Below are positions 27,740 to 36,652 of a stretch of 64,000 nucleotides of DNA, piece after piece (positions within the stretch are counted from its first letter, which is position 1; each line of letters begins with the position of its first letter). A model generated the notes under the pieces. The model was not told where the DNA came from, did no database searches, and saw only the letters and a list, made by a program, of their open reading frames with translations. Made by a program: the position numbers and the translations under genes. Location of the stretch: the IMG/VR virus record IMGVR_UViG_3300011005_000151; one strand, written 5' to 3'. Origin of the DNA: a virus.

Positions 27740-29974
27740 AGAGTCCTTCTTCTTCTGAGAGGCGCACCGGGCTGCGGTAAATCCACATGGATCGAACAAA
27801 ATGGGCTTTCCAAGTACACATTATCCTCAGATGATATCCGCATGATGTGTAATAGCCCTGTTCTGACAGTCAGCGGGAAGCCAGCGATCAACGTATCGAG
27901 CGACCAGGTTGTGTGGGATACGCTGTTCCGTCTTTTGGAAGTACGTATGAAGAACGGCGCTTTCACGGTAATCGACGCCACAAATTCCAAGACGATCGAA
28001 ATGAAGCGGTACAAGGATTTGTGCGACTCTTACAGGTACCGTATCTACTGCGTCGACTTCACCAACATCCCGATCGAACAGTGTAAACAGCAGAATCTGC
28101 AGCGTCCAGAGCTCAAGCAAGTACCGGAAGAATCAATCGACCGAATGTATGCGCGGTTCGCTACACAGAAAATCCCGTCTGGGATTACGGTCGTCAAGCC
28201 GGACGAACTCGACAAGATCTGGATGAAAAAGATCGACCTGTCTTCTTATAAAATGATCCATCATATTGGAGATATCCATGGGTGTTATACAGCTCTATCA
28301 GAGTATTTCGATAGAGAAGGCGGGCTGAAGGATGACGAGTTCTACATCTTCTGCGGCGATTATATCGACCGTGGGATTGAAAACGTGGAAGTTATTAACT
28401 TCCTACTTGGGATTTATGACCGTCCGAACGTCCTGCTTTTAGAGGGGAATCACGAACGATGGCTTTGGATTTATGGTAACGATGCTGTCGCGAAATCCAA
28501 GGAGTTTGAACTCATAACCAAAACGCAGTTTGAAAACGCCCGCGTCAGTAAGAAGGAAATGCGTAAGTTCTACCGGAGGCTATGTCAGTGTGCATATTAC
28601 ACCTACGGGGATAAGACAGTTCTGGTGACTCACGCCGGTTTGAGCACACTTCCTGAGAATTTGACGCTCGTTTCAACATACCAGATGATTCACGGAGTCG
28701 GGAACTACAACGATTTCGAGGCGGTCGCCAACAACTTCGCACTTAACACACCGGCGGATACATATCAGATCCACGGCCATAGAAATACAAAACGTCTGCC
28801 AACTCAGGTGAATGAACGGGTATTCAATCTTGAAGGCCGGGTCGAGTTCGGCGGTGAGCTTCGTGCAGTTCAGCTTTCTCCGGACGGATTCCGTACTGTG
28901 GAAATCCAGAATACGGTTTTTCAGATGCCGGAGGCTCAGGAGCCGGAGGAAAAGAAGGAAGAGAAGAAGACGGTTGCTGACATGATCCTTGAACTTCGTA
29001 ATAACAGATACGTCCAGGAGAAACGTTACGGCGATATTTCTTCATTTAACTTTACTAAGGGCGCGTTCTACGACAAGGTTTGGGATGCGCAGACGATGAA
29101 AGCTCGCGGGCTTTACATCGATATCCCAAAGGCGAAAATCGTAGCGCGGGCTTATAACAAATTTTTCAACATCAACGAGCGTCCTGAGACGAAGCTCGAT
29201 ATGTTGGAGTACAAACTGGCGTTCCCTGTCACAGCGTATGTGAAAGAGAACGGTTTTCTCGGTTTGGTCAGCTACGACGAAGCGAACGACGGGCTTTTCA
29301 TCACAACAAAGTCTTCTCCGGATGGAGATTACGCCGTCTGGCTGCGCGGGAATTTTGAGGTCTATCTCCCGAGTATCCGTGAGAAAATCAAGCAGTACCT
29401 AAAAGAGAACGACGTAACTATGGTTTTCGAGTGCGTGGATATGGTTCACGACCCGCACATTATTGAGTACCCGACGAACCGTCTCTACCTGCTTGACATT
29501 ATCAAGAACGACATGACCTGTACGAAGATGGAGTACAGCGAGCTCTGTGAAGTAGCCAAGTCTTTCGGACTCCGCTGCAAGGAACAGGCGTTTGTGTTGA
29601 GCGATTGGCAGGAGTTCTTCGATTGGTATTACGAAGTCACCGATGAAGATTATCTGTACAACGGCAGGTACATCGAAGGATTTGTGATCGAAGACATCGA
29701 AGGATATATGGTTAAGCTCAAACTAGCGTACTACAACTTCTGGAAATTCATGCGTGGAATCGCGCACGAGACACTCCGGAAAGGGCATATCGACGGGAAG
29801 AGAACATCTGCTCTGACGACAGCGCTCGCCAATAACTTCTATGGTTGGGTTCGCCAACTCTATGAACACACGGAAGACCCGGATACGCTACCGCGAGATA
29901 TTTGCACCCTGCGTAGGATGTTCTTCGAGGAGAATGATCGAGTACCGGATATTTGGAGTGCCCGAGCGTATTGA
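27737..29974 (+). CDS. pnkp: Pnkp-like trifunctional RNA end-healing and sealing enzyme (P-loop kinase, calcineurin-type phosphoesterase, ligase-like nucleotidyltransferase)
   Basis: Walker A GAPGCGKST. Metallophosphatase motifs GDIHGC, GDYIDRG and GNHE. C-terminal KENG (KxNG) nucleotidyltransferase motif. Confidence 0.75.
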   Translation: MRVLLLLRGAPGCGKSTWIEQNGLSKYTLSSDDIRMMCNSPVLTVSGKPAINVSSDQVVWDTLFRLLEVRMKNGAFTVIDATNSKTIEMKRYKDLCDSYRYRIYCVDFTNIPIEQCKQQNLQRPELKQVPEESIDRMYARFATQKIPSGITVVKPDELDKIWMKKIDLSSYKMIHHIGDIHGCYTALSEYFDREGGLKDDEFYIFCGDYIDRGIENVEVINFLLGIYDRPNVLLLEGNHERWLWIYGNDAVAKSKEFELITKTQFENARVSKKEMRKFYRRLCQCAYYTYGDKTVLVTHAGLSTLPENLTLVSTYQMIHGVGNYNDFEAVANNFALNTPADTYQIHGHRNTKRLPTQVNERVFNLEGRVEFGGELRAVQLSPDGFRTVEIQNTVFQMPEAQEPEEKKEEKKTVADMILELRNNRYVQEKRYGDISSFNFTKGAFYDKVWDAQTMKARGLYIDIPKAKIVARAYNKFFNINERPETKLDMLEYKLAFPVTAYVKENGFLGLVSYDEANDGLFITTKSSPDGDYAVWLRGNFEVYLPSIREKIKQYLKENDVTMVFECVDMVHDPHIIEYPTNRLYLLDIIKNDMTCTKMEYSELCEVAKSFGLRCKEQAFVLSDWQEFFDWYYEVTDEDYLYNGRYIEGFVIEDIEGYMVKLKLAYYNFWKFMRGIAHETLRKGHIDGKRTSALTTALANNFYGWVRQLYEHTEDPDTLPRDICTLRRMFFEENDRVPDIWSARAY

Positions 29975-30057
29975 TAACATCCGCCAGACGCAACACAGGA
30001 CCCTTCGTGGGCACGCTGGGGAAGTTCGTACCTGAATAACTACACCAATATTGATAG

Positions 30058-30294
30058 ATGAAAGAGATTTTTAGGCTCAGTAAACAAAATCGTCATTTTA
30101 TATACCCTTTTCGGCCTATTTGTCCGCTCTGCGGGGACACAGTGGCAATATTTGTGTGCGAGGGAGAGACAAACACCCATGCAGAGCACTGTTGGCACTG
30201 TAATACGACGCGATACAGGGTAAAAGATTCAAAATATGTAAAAGGAGGCAGTAATGCGAAAGTATTATCGACAGGCGCTGCGGTTCAAGGCTAA
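30058..30294 (+). CDS. small zinc-ribbon protein
   Basis: CPLCG...CWHC motifs. Junction motif GATGAAAGAGATTTTTAGG upstream. Confidence 0.45.
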   Translation: MKEIFRLSKQNRHFIYPFRPICPLCGDTVAIFVCEGETNTHAEHCWHCNTTRYRVKDSKYVKGGSNAKVLSTGAAVQG

Positions 30295-30457
30295 ACAGAT
30301 GGGGCTCAAAGAGAGCGCGTTCATCAATCGTCTGTGGCACCGCTACCAGATCGAACGACGCGGTGAGAAAGTCCGGGCAATCAATATGTTCCGTGGTTCC
30401 CGCAAGAGTGTGAGCACTCCGGCACCGAAGGAGAATTACACGATCCCGCTGGTGTAA
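30254..30457 (+). CDS. small basic protein
   Basis: AAAGGAGG RBS. Confidence 0.45.
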   Translation: MRKYYRQALRFKAKQMGLKESAFINRLWHRYQIERRGEKVRAINMFRGSRKSVSTPAPKENYTIPLV

Positions 30458-30459
30458 AA

Positions 30460-30630
30460 ATGATTGATACGCATGGGGACAAATTGATTTCGTACAACTG
30501 GCTGAAATCCGCCGGGTACGAGATCTATAAGAAGTACGCAGACGATGAAGACTTGCGGAAGGTCGCTATGGAATTTGAGAAGCTAATCAATTCCGCGCCG
30601 GATGCGAGTGACGTTTTGCGAGTCAATTAG
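30460..30630 (+). CDS. small hypothetical protein (56 aa)
   Basis: ATG immediately after the previous stop. Product has protein-like composition. Confidence 0.3.
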   Translation: MIDTHGDKLISYNWLKSAGYEIYKKYADDEDLRKVAMEFEKLINSAPDASDVLRVN

Positions 30631-30712
30631 TACATAACCAACTGTGTTATGAAGATGAGGATCAACAAGAATACATATTGGATCCCGCTCCTGCTGTCAG
30701 CGAGAGTAATGG
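30630..30712. repeat. long form of the repeat element, copy D
   Basis: Aligns with copy C over about 75 nt, including CCTGCTGTCAGCGAGAG. Confidence 0.6.
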
Positions 30713-30872
30713 AAAGGTAAGACCTGGAAGGAATTTTTTCGCTCGCTCTGCGAGCGAGCAAATACGAGGGCTCACGAGGGCTTTTCCGGCATATGCCTTG
30801 AAGAAAAGTCCAGTAAGTACTTTTCTACGGCATACGGATAACACAGTTTAATTTTAGAGCGGAGGTGTGCAT

Positions 30873-31151
30873 GTGAAGTGGCAGGACGAAGACAGAGACA
30901 CGGTTTCCGAGATTCTTAAAGTGATTGGATACGCAAAAAAGCGCGGTATTAAGGCATTGTATGTCGGGAATATAAGTAAGCCTGTTCGCAGATCGCTGAC
31001 TCGTCACGGCTACTTCATATGCGACGGCTTCTGTTATTGGACACTCACAGTGGGGCAGCGCGATGAAATCTCTGGGATGCGACGCCCGGCAGACAGATCA
31101 AGATACATAAAGAAGGAGTTGAGTTCGTGTGACCAGAGAGGAACTGGATGA
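30873..31151 (+). CDS. hypothetical protein (GTG start)
   Basis: AGAGCGGAGG RBS. Confidence 0.4.
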   Translation: MKWQDEDRDTVSEILKVIGYAKKRGIKALYVGNISKPVRRSLTRHGYFICDGFCYWTLTVGQRDEISGMRRPADRSRYIKKELSSCDQRGTG

Positions 31152-31452
31152 GTTTTTCGACAATTGTGGCTCGATAGCGTGCGCTAACAAACAGGAGCGG
31201 TTCGATGTGTTGTCCGCGCTGTATGATGCCGGGTATGATCTGAATCATGCGTCGGTAAATCATCTCAATACACCGATCGAAGAAGATGATTTAGAGTTTC
31301 CAAATATCGGTATCGGCTATGATGGACAAATTTGCGGTTATGCCAGAAGTCGTGATGAAAGTATACCAGCGTACGATTTCTTGCTTAATATATGTTTTGA
31401 CAACGAACAGCCGCAAGAGTGTTTCGATACTATTATCACTGGTGTTATTTGA
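31129..31452 (+). CDS. hypothetical protein
   Basis: GTG start overlapping the previous gene. Confidence 0.4.
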   Translation: MTREELDEFFDNCGSIACANKQERFDVLSALYDAGYDLNHASVNHLNTPIEEDDLEFPNIGIGYDGQICGYARSRDESIPAYDFLLNICFDNEQPQECFDTIITGVI

Positions 31453-31456
31453 CAGA

Positions 31457-31549
31457 ATGAAACCATTATCACCTTTTATTGTAATGATCGTCGCGGCGCT
31501 GTTCACGATGATAGCATCGTGGTTCGACAACGGTTCTTGGAGGCTTTGA
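31457..31549 (+). CDS. 30-aa membrane peptide
   Basis: Hydrophobic MKPLSPFIVMIVAALFTMIASWF. Confidence 0.25.
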   Translation: MKPLSPFIVMIVAALFTMIASWFDNGSWRL

Positions 31550-31550
31550 T

Positions 31551-31808
31551 ATGAGATTAAGAAGTAAGTCTGACGGCCTGTTCTACGGGAAACTCGGCGA
31601 CATGGTTGATTTCAAAACGGATGACGGTGCTGACTTATATGTCGGCGATGTGGTTCTTGTGTCGTCAGCGTCCGGCAGACGTATCGGCCTTCGATATATC
31701 ATCCAAAATCCTAACCTGTTTGTAGGACACAGTATCATCAAAGTCGCTGGGTATGAAGACGTACTTGGGAAACTTGGTTTATTGGATATGGAGTTGACTG
31801 CGGAATAA
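31551..31808 (+). CDS. hypothetical protein
   Basis: ORF. Confidence 0.45.
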   Translation: MRLRSKSDGLFYGKLGDMVDFKTDDGADLYVGDVVLVSSASGRRIGLRYIIQNPNLFVGHSIIKVAGYEDVLGKLGLLDMELTAE

Positions 31809-31948
31809 TGGCTTTAATAATTGAGATTTTCGGCGGAGTCGTGCTCGGTATGATCGGGTGCGCAGCTGCGGCTGTACTGTCATGCGGTATTCTCGCGTGC
31901 ATCATTGGCGGAATTACATATATTATTGACTGGATAAGGAGCAGATAA
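31808..31948 (+). CDS. small membrane protein (46 aa)
   Basis: Overlapping TAATG start. Gly/Ala-rich transmembrane segment. Confidence 0.35.
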   Translation: MALIIEIFGGVVLGMIGCAAAAVLSCGILACIIGGITYIIDWIRSR

Positions 31949-32329
31949 ATGTGGTGTCTTAATAACGGAGCTATTTCTCTGAATCGCCCAATCGAAGGTG
32001 AGTATCTGGAAAAGAGGGTCCAGGATATCTTCAATAACCATATAGATGTGTATATTGACAACTTCGAGATCGTTTTCGATGAGATGCCTGGCATGGCAAT
32101 CGAGGGGAAACTGAACGACCTTGTAAAGCTCGTCGAGGAAAACGGGTATACGATCGCCGATGATCCGGTCATTGGTTTCTACGGTGACTGTGATGGCGCT
32201 TACGTGTTCGAGCGCGGGGAATTCGTCTGCTACGATTTAGATAGTGCGGTTTTCTGGAATATGAGCGATGAAGACCTGATTCGTGTGATGGAATCTCGTG
32301 GCTACTATGTGACGGGGACTCGTTCATGA
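31949..32329 (+). CDS. hypothetical protein
   Basis: ORF. Confidence 0.45.
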   Translation: MWCLNNGAISLNRPIEGEYLEKRVQDIFNNHIDVYIDNFEIVFDEMPGMAIEGKLNDLVKLVEENGYTIADDPVIGFYGDCDGAYVFERGEFVCYDLDSAVFWNMSDEDLIRVMESRGYYVTGTRS

Positions 32330-32928
32330 GCAACGTCAGGCTTTCGCCTGGCAACAGCAAAATGGGTTCTATCCCCAGCGTTTCCCTACCCGCTCTTAAA
32401 ACCTGCCGGGTGTGTGGCTGCAACAAGGAGTGCTATGCACTCAAGCTTGAGCGGCTGCGCAAGAACGTAAGAGCGGCGTATCAGGCCAATCTTGACCTGC
32501 TGAATTCCGATAGTGAAACCTACTGGCGCGAAGTAAAAGGCGCTATTATGATGGCACGGTATTTCAGATTCCATGTCTCCGGTGATATCCCTGACGCAGA
32601 ATACTTCGAGAATATGGTCAGAGTGGCGGCAGATTGCCCGCACTGTGAAATCTTGTGCTTTACCAAAAAGTTTAATATAATAAATGAGTGGATTGCAAAA
32701 GGCAATCAACTGCCATCCAATCTACATATCATCTTCAGCGGCTGGGTCGGGCTTGAGATGGAAAATCCGTATTCTCTCCCGGAAGCTCATGTGCGGTATC
32801 GCAGTGGCGATACAACCGCCAGACCGGATGCTATCCCATGCGGCGGGAATTGCACCAAGTGCGCCGTTACGAACGGCGGGTGCTGGACACTGAAGAACGG
32901 TCAGCAGGTAGTTTTCGACAAACATTAA
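32326..32928 (+). CDS. Cys-rich phage protein (possibly Gp37/Gp68-like)
   Basis: N-terminal MSNVRLSPGNSKMG...CRVCGCNKEC pattern. Attribution made from memory only. Confidence 0.4.
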   Translation: MSNVRLSPGNSKMGSIPSVSLPALKTCRVCGCNKECYALKLERLRKNVRAAYQANLDLLNSDSETYWREVKGAIMMARYFRFHVSGDIPDAEYFENMVRVAADCPHCEILCFTKKFNIINEWIAKGNQLPSNLHIIFSGWVGLEMENPYSLPEAHVRYRSGDTTARPDAIPCGGNCTKCAVTNGGCWTLKNGQQVVFDKH

Positions 32929-32941
32929 CAGGAGGAAGGCC

Positions 32942-33547
32942 ATGAGCTTTATTATCGCGTTCTTTGGAATCATATATATTGTTTTTCGTCTCGTTGATGA
33001 ACACGCACAGAAGAGAAGCGTTGATAAGCGTGTCGCGACTGCGGCTAAAGAGGACGCTGATAAGATGAGCGGATGGCTGAATCGTGTTACCGACCCGTGT
33101 CTGGAGTCTGAGATCACAGACGCACTGTATTCGTACTACCATCCAAAGCACGCGCAGTATCAACAGGAACTGGATGAAACGATCCCTACGATCCCTGGTT
33201 GGGATAGAGCGACAGTCGAGGATCTGGTTTATGATAACAAGGTCCGCATCCTTATGGCAAAGCGCGGCAAGCTTATGAAGAAAGACGCCGAGAACGGGAT
33301 CAAGGTAAATACTTTCGTTATTAAGACCGGTATGTCTCCGGCGGAGCACAGGCGCAGGAACATGCGGCAGAAATACCTGTGCCAATGGATCAATGGTCAG
33401 CTCAATGCTCATGGCATCCATTACAGAATGGGCTTCCGGAAGGACTGCGTCAACAATGTGTATGATTTTGAAGACCTTGATATGAGTGAGTCCAATACAC
33501 TCATTGGGTATGTCCTCTGGGAACCGATGGCGCGAACCAGATGGTAA
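32942..33547 (+). CDS. hypothetical membrane-anchored protein
   Basis: N-terminal transmembrane segment. Confidence 0.45.
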   Translation: MSFIIAFFGIIYIVFRLVDEHAQKRSVDKRVATAAKEDADKMSGWLNRVTDPCLESEITDALYSYYHPKHAQYQQELDETIPTIPGWDRATVEDLVYDNKVRILMAKRGKLMKKDAENGIKVNTFVIKTGMSPAEHRRRNMRQKYLCQWINGQLNAHGIHYRMGFRKDCVNNVYDFEDLDMSESNTLIGYVLWEPMARTRW

Positions 33548-33560
33548 TTTAAAATAAGGA

Positions 33561-33827
33561 GTGACAATGGTAAAGGTAAAGAAGGTCGTACAGATCCAGG
33601 ACGGCGACAAGGTCAGGATCAACAAGGCGAGGATCCTTGCCCGCCCTGATTACGACAGGCTGACACCGCTGTACAGGCAGTTTGTCGAGGAAAATTCCGG
33701 CACGGTTTTCACAGCGAAGACAATCGTAAAACCTGACAAATACGAAAGTGGTATCTTCGCTTTTGTAGAATCCCCGGCATGGTATTTCTGGGATGGAGAT
33801 TTGATTAAGGTCGGTGAGGAAGAGTAG
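33561..33827 (+). CDS. hypothetical protein
   Basis: AAGGAG RBS. Confidence 0.45.
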   Translation: MTMVKVKKVVQIQDGDKVRINKARILARPDYDRLTPLYRQFVEENSGTVFTAKTIVKPDKYESGIFAFVESPAWYFWDGDLIKVGEEE

Positions 33828-34159
33828 TGCTTTTTAAAGCGACACATACGGTCTCTGATGTTGTTCGGAAGCAGGATAGTGGGCATAACCCATGGCATGC
33901 ACAGGTCATTGGCAGGCAATGTTTTGTTATCCTTCTGGACACTGGTGAACGGGGTTGGTTAGCAGTTAATTTTTCCTACGACCCAAATCATTTCCATCGT
34001 TTCCACTTGTCTGAGATTCAGTCTATTGAATCCGACGATAATGGGATGATCCATATAGAGACCGAGAACACATATTACACGCTCAGCAGATTGAAAGAAG
34101 GTGAAGCGAAAACGCTGGACGCGGGATTCGATCCAAAAGATTATGAAAGTTGGTGGTAA
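33827..34159 (+). CDS. hypothetical protein
   Basis: ORF. Confidence 0.4.
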   Translation: MLFKATHTVSDVVRKQDSGHNPWHAQVIGRQCFVILLDTGERGWLAVNFSYDPNHFHRFHLSEIQSIESDDNGMIHIETENTYYTLSRLKEGEAKTLDAGFDPKDYESWW

Positions 34160-34162
34160 TTA

Positions 34163-34480
34163 TTGGATAGTTTATACAACGAAGAAGTCAATCCAAAGAT
34201 ATTGGCGATCCTTGCGGCGATAACACTCCCAATTTCCTATCTGTTTGATGGAGCAATTCTTATGACGCTGTGGCGATGGTTCGTAACGCCATTGGGACTG
34301 GCAGAAATTTCCATCTGGTGGGCGATTGGTTTGGTCGCGATTATCAACTATTTTAAAGGGCATGATTCTGTAGACGCGGAGACGATCACATACGGTGTGT
34401 TCATAAAAGGGCTTTTGAAGGCCATCATGAGCGCTCTTCTGTATTTGCTGGTAGGTTTTCTCGTACATCTGGCGATGTGA
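34163..34480 (+). CDS. hypothetical multi-pass membrane protein
   Basis: Hydrophobic segments. Confidence 0.45.
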   Translation: MDSLYNEEVNPKILAILAAITLPISYLFDGAILMTLWRWFVTPLGLAEISIWWAIGLVAIINYFKGHDSVDAETITYGVFIKGLLKAIMSALLYLLVGFLVHLAM

Positions 34481-34481
34481 G

Positions 34482-35663
34482 GTGGATGCCGGCGTGATTT
34501 ATCTTGACAATGCGGCGACCACAAAGCTCGACCCGGATGTATTGGAAGTAATGATGCCGTATCTTACGGAGCAGTACGGGAATGCGAGTACACTATATAA
34601 ATTAGGGCGCGACGCACGAAGCGCCATCGACCGAGCCCGTGAACAGGTGGCGGCGTTTATGGGATGCCAGCCGGAACAGGTAATTTTTACCTCCGGTGGG
34701 TCAGAAGGGAATAATCTGGTTTTCCACGGCGTTGCTCCGCACCTGGAGAAGATCGGAAAGACACACATTCTGGTGTCAGAAGTGGAACATGACAGCGTAA
34801 TCAACGCTGCGAAAGCCCTCTGTATAAAACGGCAATTTGAATGCGACTTTTTAGGGGTAAATCAGTCCAAAATGGTCGATTTTGAGGTAATTTCGCGTGA
34901 AATCATGCCAGATACGGGCTTTTTGAGCGTCATGAGAACCAATAATGAGACCGGAATTATCAACCCGATTGAAGACATCGGAGAACGGTGCCAGAAGATG
35001 GGAATTCTGTTCCACACAGACGCGGTTCAGGCCGCAGGTGGCGAAAAGCTCAACGTGGACAAGTTTCACTGTGACTTCATGACGATCTCATCTCATAAAC
35101 TTCACGGTCCGAAGGGGGTAGGGGCGGTCTTCGCCCGCAACCCTGGTATTCTGAGCCCGATTATATATGGCGGGCACGGTCAGGAGTTTGGTTTGCGAGG
35201 CGGCACAGAGAATGTAGCGGGAATCGTAGGTTTTGGGTACGCTTGTGAGAAAGCCGCGCGGTTTCTTGAGTCATATGAATCATTCATGGACATACAGAAG
35301 CAATCGTTCTACACGACCTTCGTGGAAAGACTGGCTTCACACGGCATTTCACAAAGTATTGTGCATGTAAATGGTTCGGAGAACACGAGCCACAAGATCC
35401 TGAACCTGTCCATCGATGGGATCGACAGTGAGACACTCTTGTTGATGCTGGATTCTAAAGGTGTGTGTGTATCTGCCGGGTCAGCTTGCCGGACGGGGAT
35501 CAATGAACCGAGTCGGGTTTTGCTCGCCATAGGTTTGAGTGATCCGCAAGCCAGAAGCTCTGTGCGTATCTCGTTTTCGCGGGATAACACCAACACAGAA
35601 ATCATGGGGGCCGCAAGTCTGATGGCCGACTGCGTTTTCGCACTGAAGGAATATGTCCAATGA
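34482..35663 (+). CDS. cysteine desulfurase (class V aminotransferase, NifS/IscS-like)
   Basis: YLDNAATT N-terminus, SSHKLHGPKG PLP-lysine motif, and a C-terminal conserved Cys in SAGSACRTG. Confidence 0.75.
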   Translation: MDAGVIYLDNAATTKLDPDVLEVMMPYLTEQYGNASTLYKLGRDARSAIDRAREQVAAFMGCQPEQVIFTSGGSEGNNLVFHGVAPHLEKIGKTHILVSEVEHDSVINAAKALCIKRQFECDFLGVNQSKMVDFEVISREIMPDTGFLSVMRTNNETGIINPIEDIGERCQKMGILFHTDAVQAAGGEKLNVDKFHCDFMTISSHKLHGPKGVGAVFARNPGILSPIIYGGHGQEFGLRGGTENVAGIVGFGYACEKAARFLESYESFMDIQKQSFYTTFVERLASHGISQSIVHVNGSENTSHKILNLSIDGIDSETLLLMLDSKGVCVSAGSACRTGINEPSRVLLAIGLSDPQARSSVRISFSRDNTNTEIMGAASLMADCVFALKEYVQ

Positions 35664-35850
35664 TATAACATACCCCAAGGGGGAGATCCCGTGGGTCGCA
35701 TATTACGATGAGCACGGGAATTTCAAGCGTCTTCTCACAAGTAAAGCTTCAAGGGATTTCTACTACCTGTACGAGGTGACAGAAGGCGAGCTGACTAAAC
35801 TCGGCAGGTCTAGGAATCCCAAGGAGCTTGAAGAAACATACAATATATAA
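35653..35850 (+). CDS. small hypothetical protein
   Basis: ORF overlapping the previous stop. Confidence 0.35.
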   Translation: MSNDITYPKGEIPWVAYYDEHGNFKRLLTSKASRDFYYLYEVTEGELTKLGRSRNPKELEETYNI

Positions 35851-35899
35851 TATAGAGGTAACAGAGATCAACAAAGCGAGAAGGGAAAAGCTCCATCTG

Positions 35900-36097
35900 A
35901 TGATCGACACTTTGGATAAAGTGGTCGGCGCACTGGGGAATGTGCTGAACGAGGAGCAGATGGCTCTTGATAATCTGCCGGATGGACTGGCGGACAGCGA
36001 ACGTGCCTCCAAGATGGATGACGCCATTGATTCCATGGAATCTGCCATCGCCGAAATCGAGATGGCACAGGACTTTTTGAGGGACGCGGCGGTGTAA
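35900..36097 (+). CDS. small acidic protein
   Basis: Internal ATG with AAGGGAAAAG RBS. Confidence 0.3.
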   Translation: MIDTLDKVVGALGNVLNEEQMALDNLPDGLADSERASKMDDAIDSMESAIAEIEMAQDFLRDAAV

Positions 36098-36140
36098 GAA
36101 AAGAAATTTAAAAAAATTGCAAAAAATCCATAAAATTAGA

Positions 36141-36169
36141 TTGACAAATGCTGACTGGCGTGGTATACT
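36141..36169 (+). promoter_or_regulatory. sigma70-type promoter: TTGACA, 17-nt spacer, TG-n-TATACT
   Basis: Read directly. Consensus -35 with extended -10, 33 nt upstream of the mazF-like start. Confidence 0.6.
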
Positions 36170-36201
36170 GCTATCAGATCGAACAGAAAGGAGCAGTCAG
36201 C

Positions 36202-36636
36202 TTGCCACTTCAGCCTTTCGTCAATCGACCCAGATTCGGCGACGTGTACGTCGTCCGCTTCGAGGGGGAGGGTAGCGAACAGTCCGGGATCCGCCCGGCG
36301 GTCGTGTTCCAAAACAATGTGGGAAACGCCCACAGCCCGAACGTCACGGTTTTCCCAATGACAAGCCGGCTGAAAAAGACAAACATGCCGACGCACGTTG
36401 TCGTACACGCAGCGGACTCGGGATTATCGATGGACAGTATGGTTCTTTGCGAGAATCCGGTATGCATCTCCAAGGAGAAGCTCGGGAAATTCATCACGAC
36501 CCTGTCGGAGAAGTACATGGCGCAAATCGCCGAGGCCAGTGTGCTGGCTTCCTGCGGTATCGCCTATATTGATCCGGCTGCGCTCACCGAAATCTGGAAG
36601 CGTGCCTCGGAAATGAACGCATCCGTCTCTACATAA
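36202..36636 (+). CDS. mazF: MazF/PemK-family endoribonuclease toxin, no adjacent antitoxin
   Basis: GDVYVVRFEGEGSEQSGIRPAVV...VFPMTS...PTHV pattern of the CcdB/MazF fold. AAAGGAG RBS with TTG start. Confidence 0.65.
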   Translation: MPLQPFVNRPRFGDVYVVRFEGEGSEQSGIRPAVVFQNNVGNAHSPNVTVFPMTSRLKKTNMPTHVVVHAADSGLSMDSMVLCENPVCISKEKLGKFITTLSEKYMAQIAEASVLASCGIAYIDPAALTEIWKRASEMNASVST

Positions 36637-36652
36637 GAAAGGAGACGATGAT

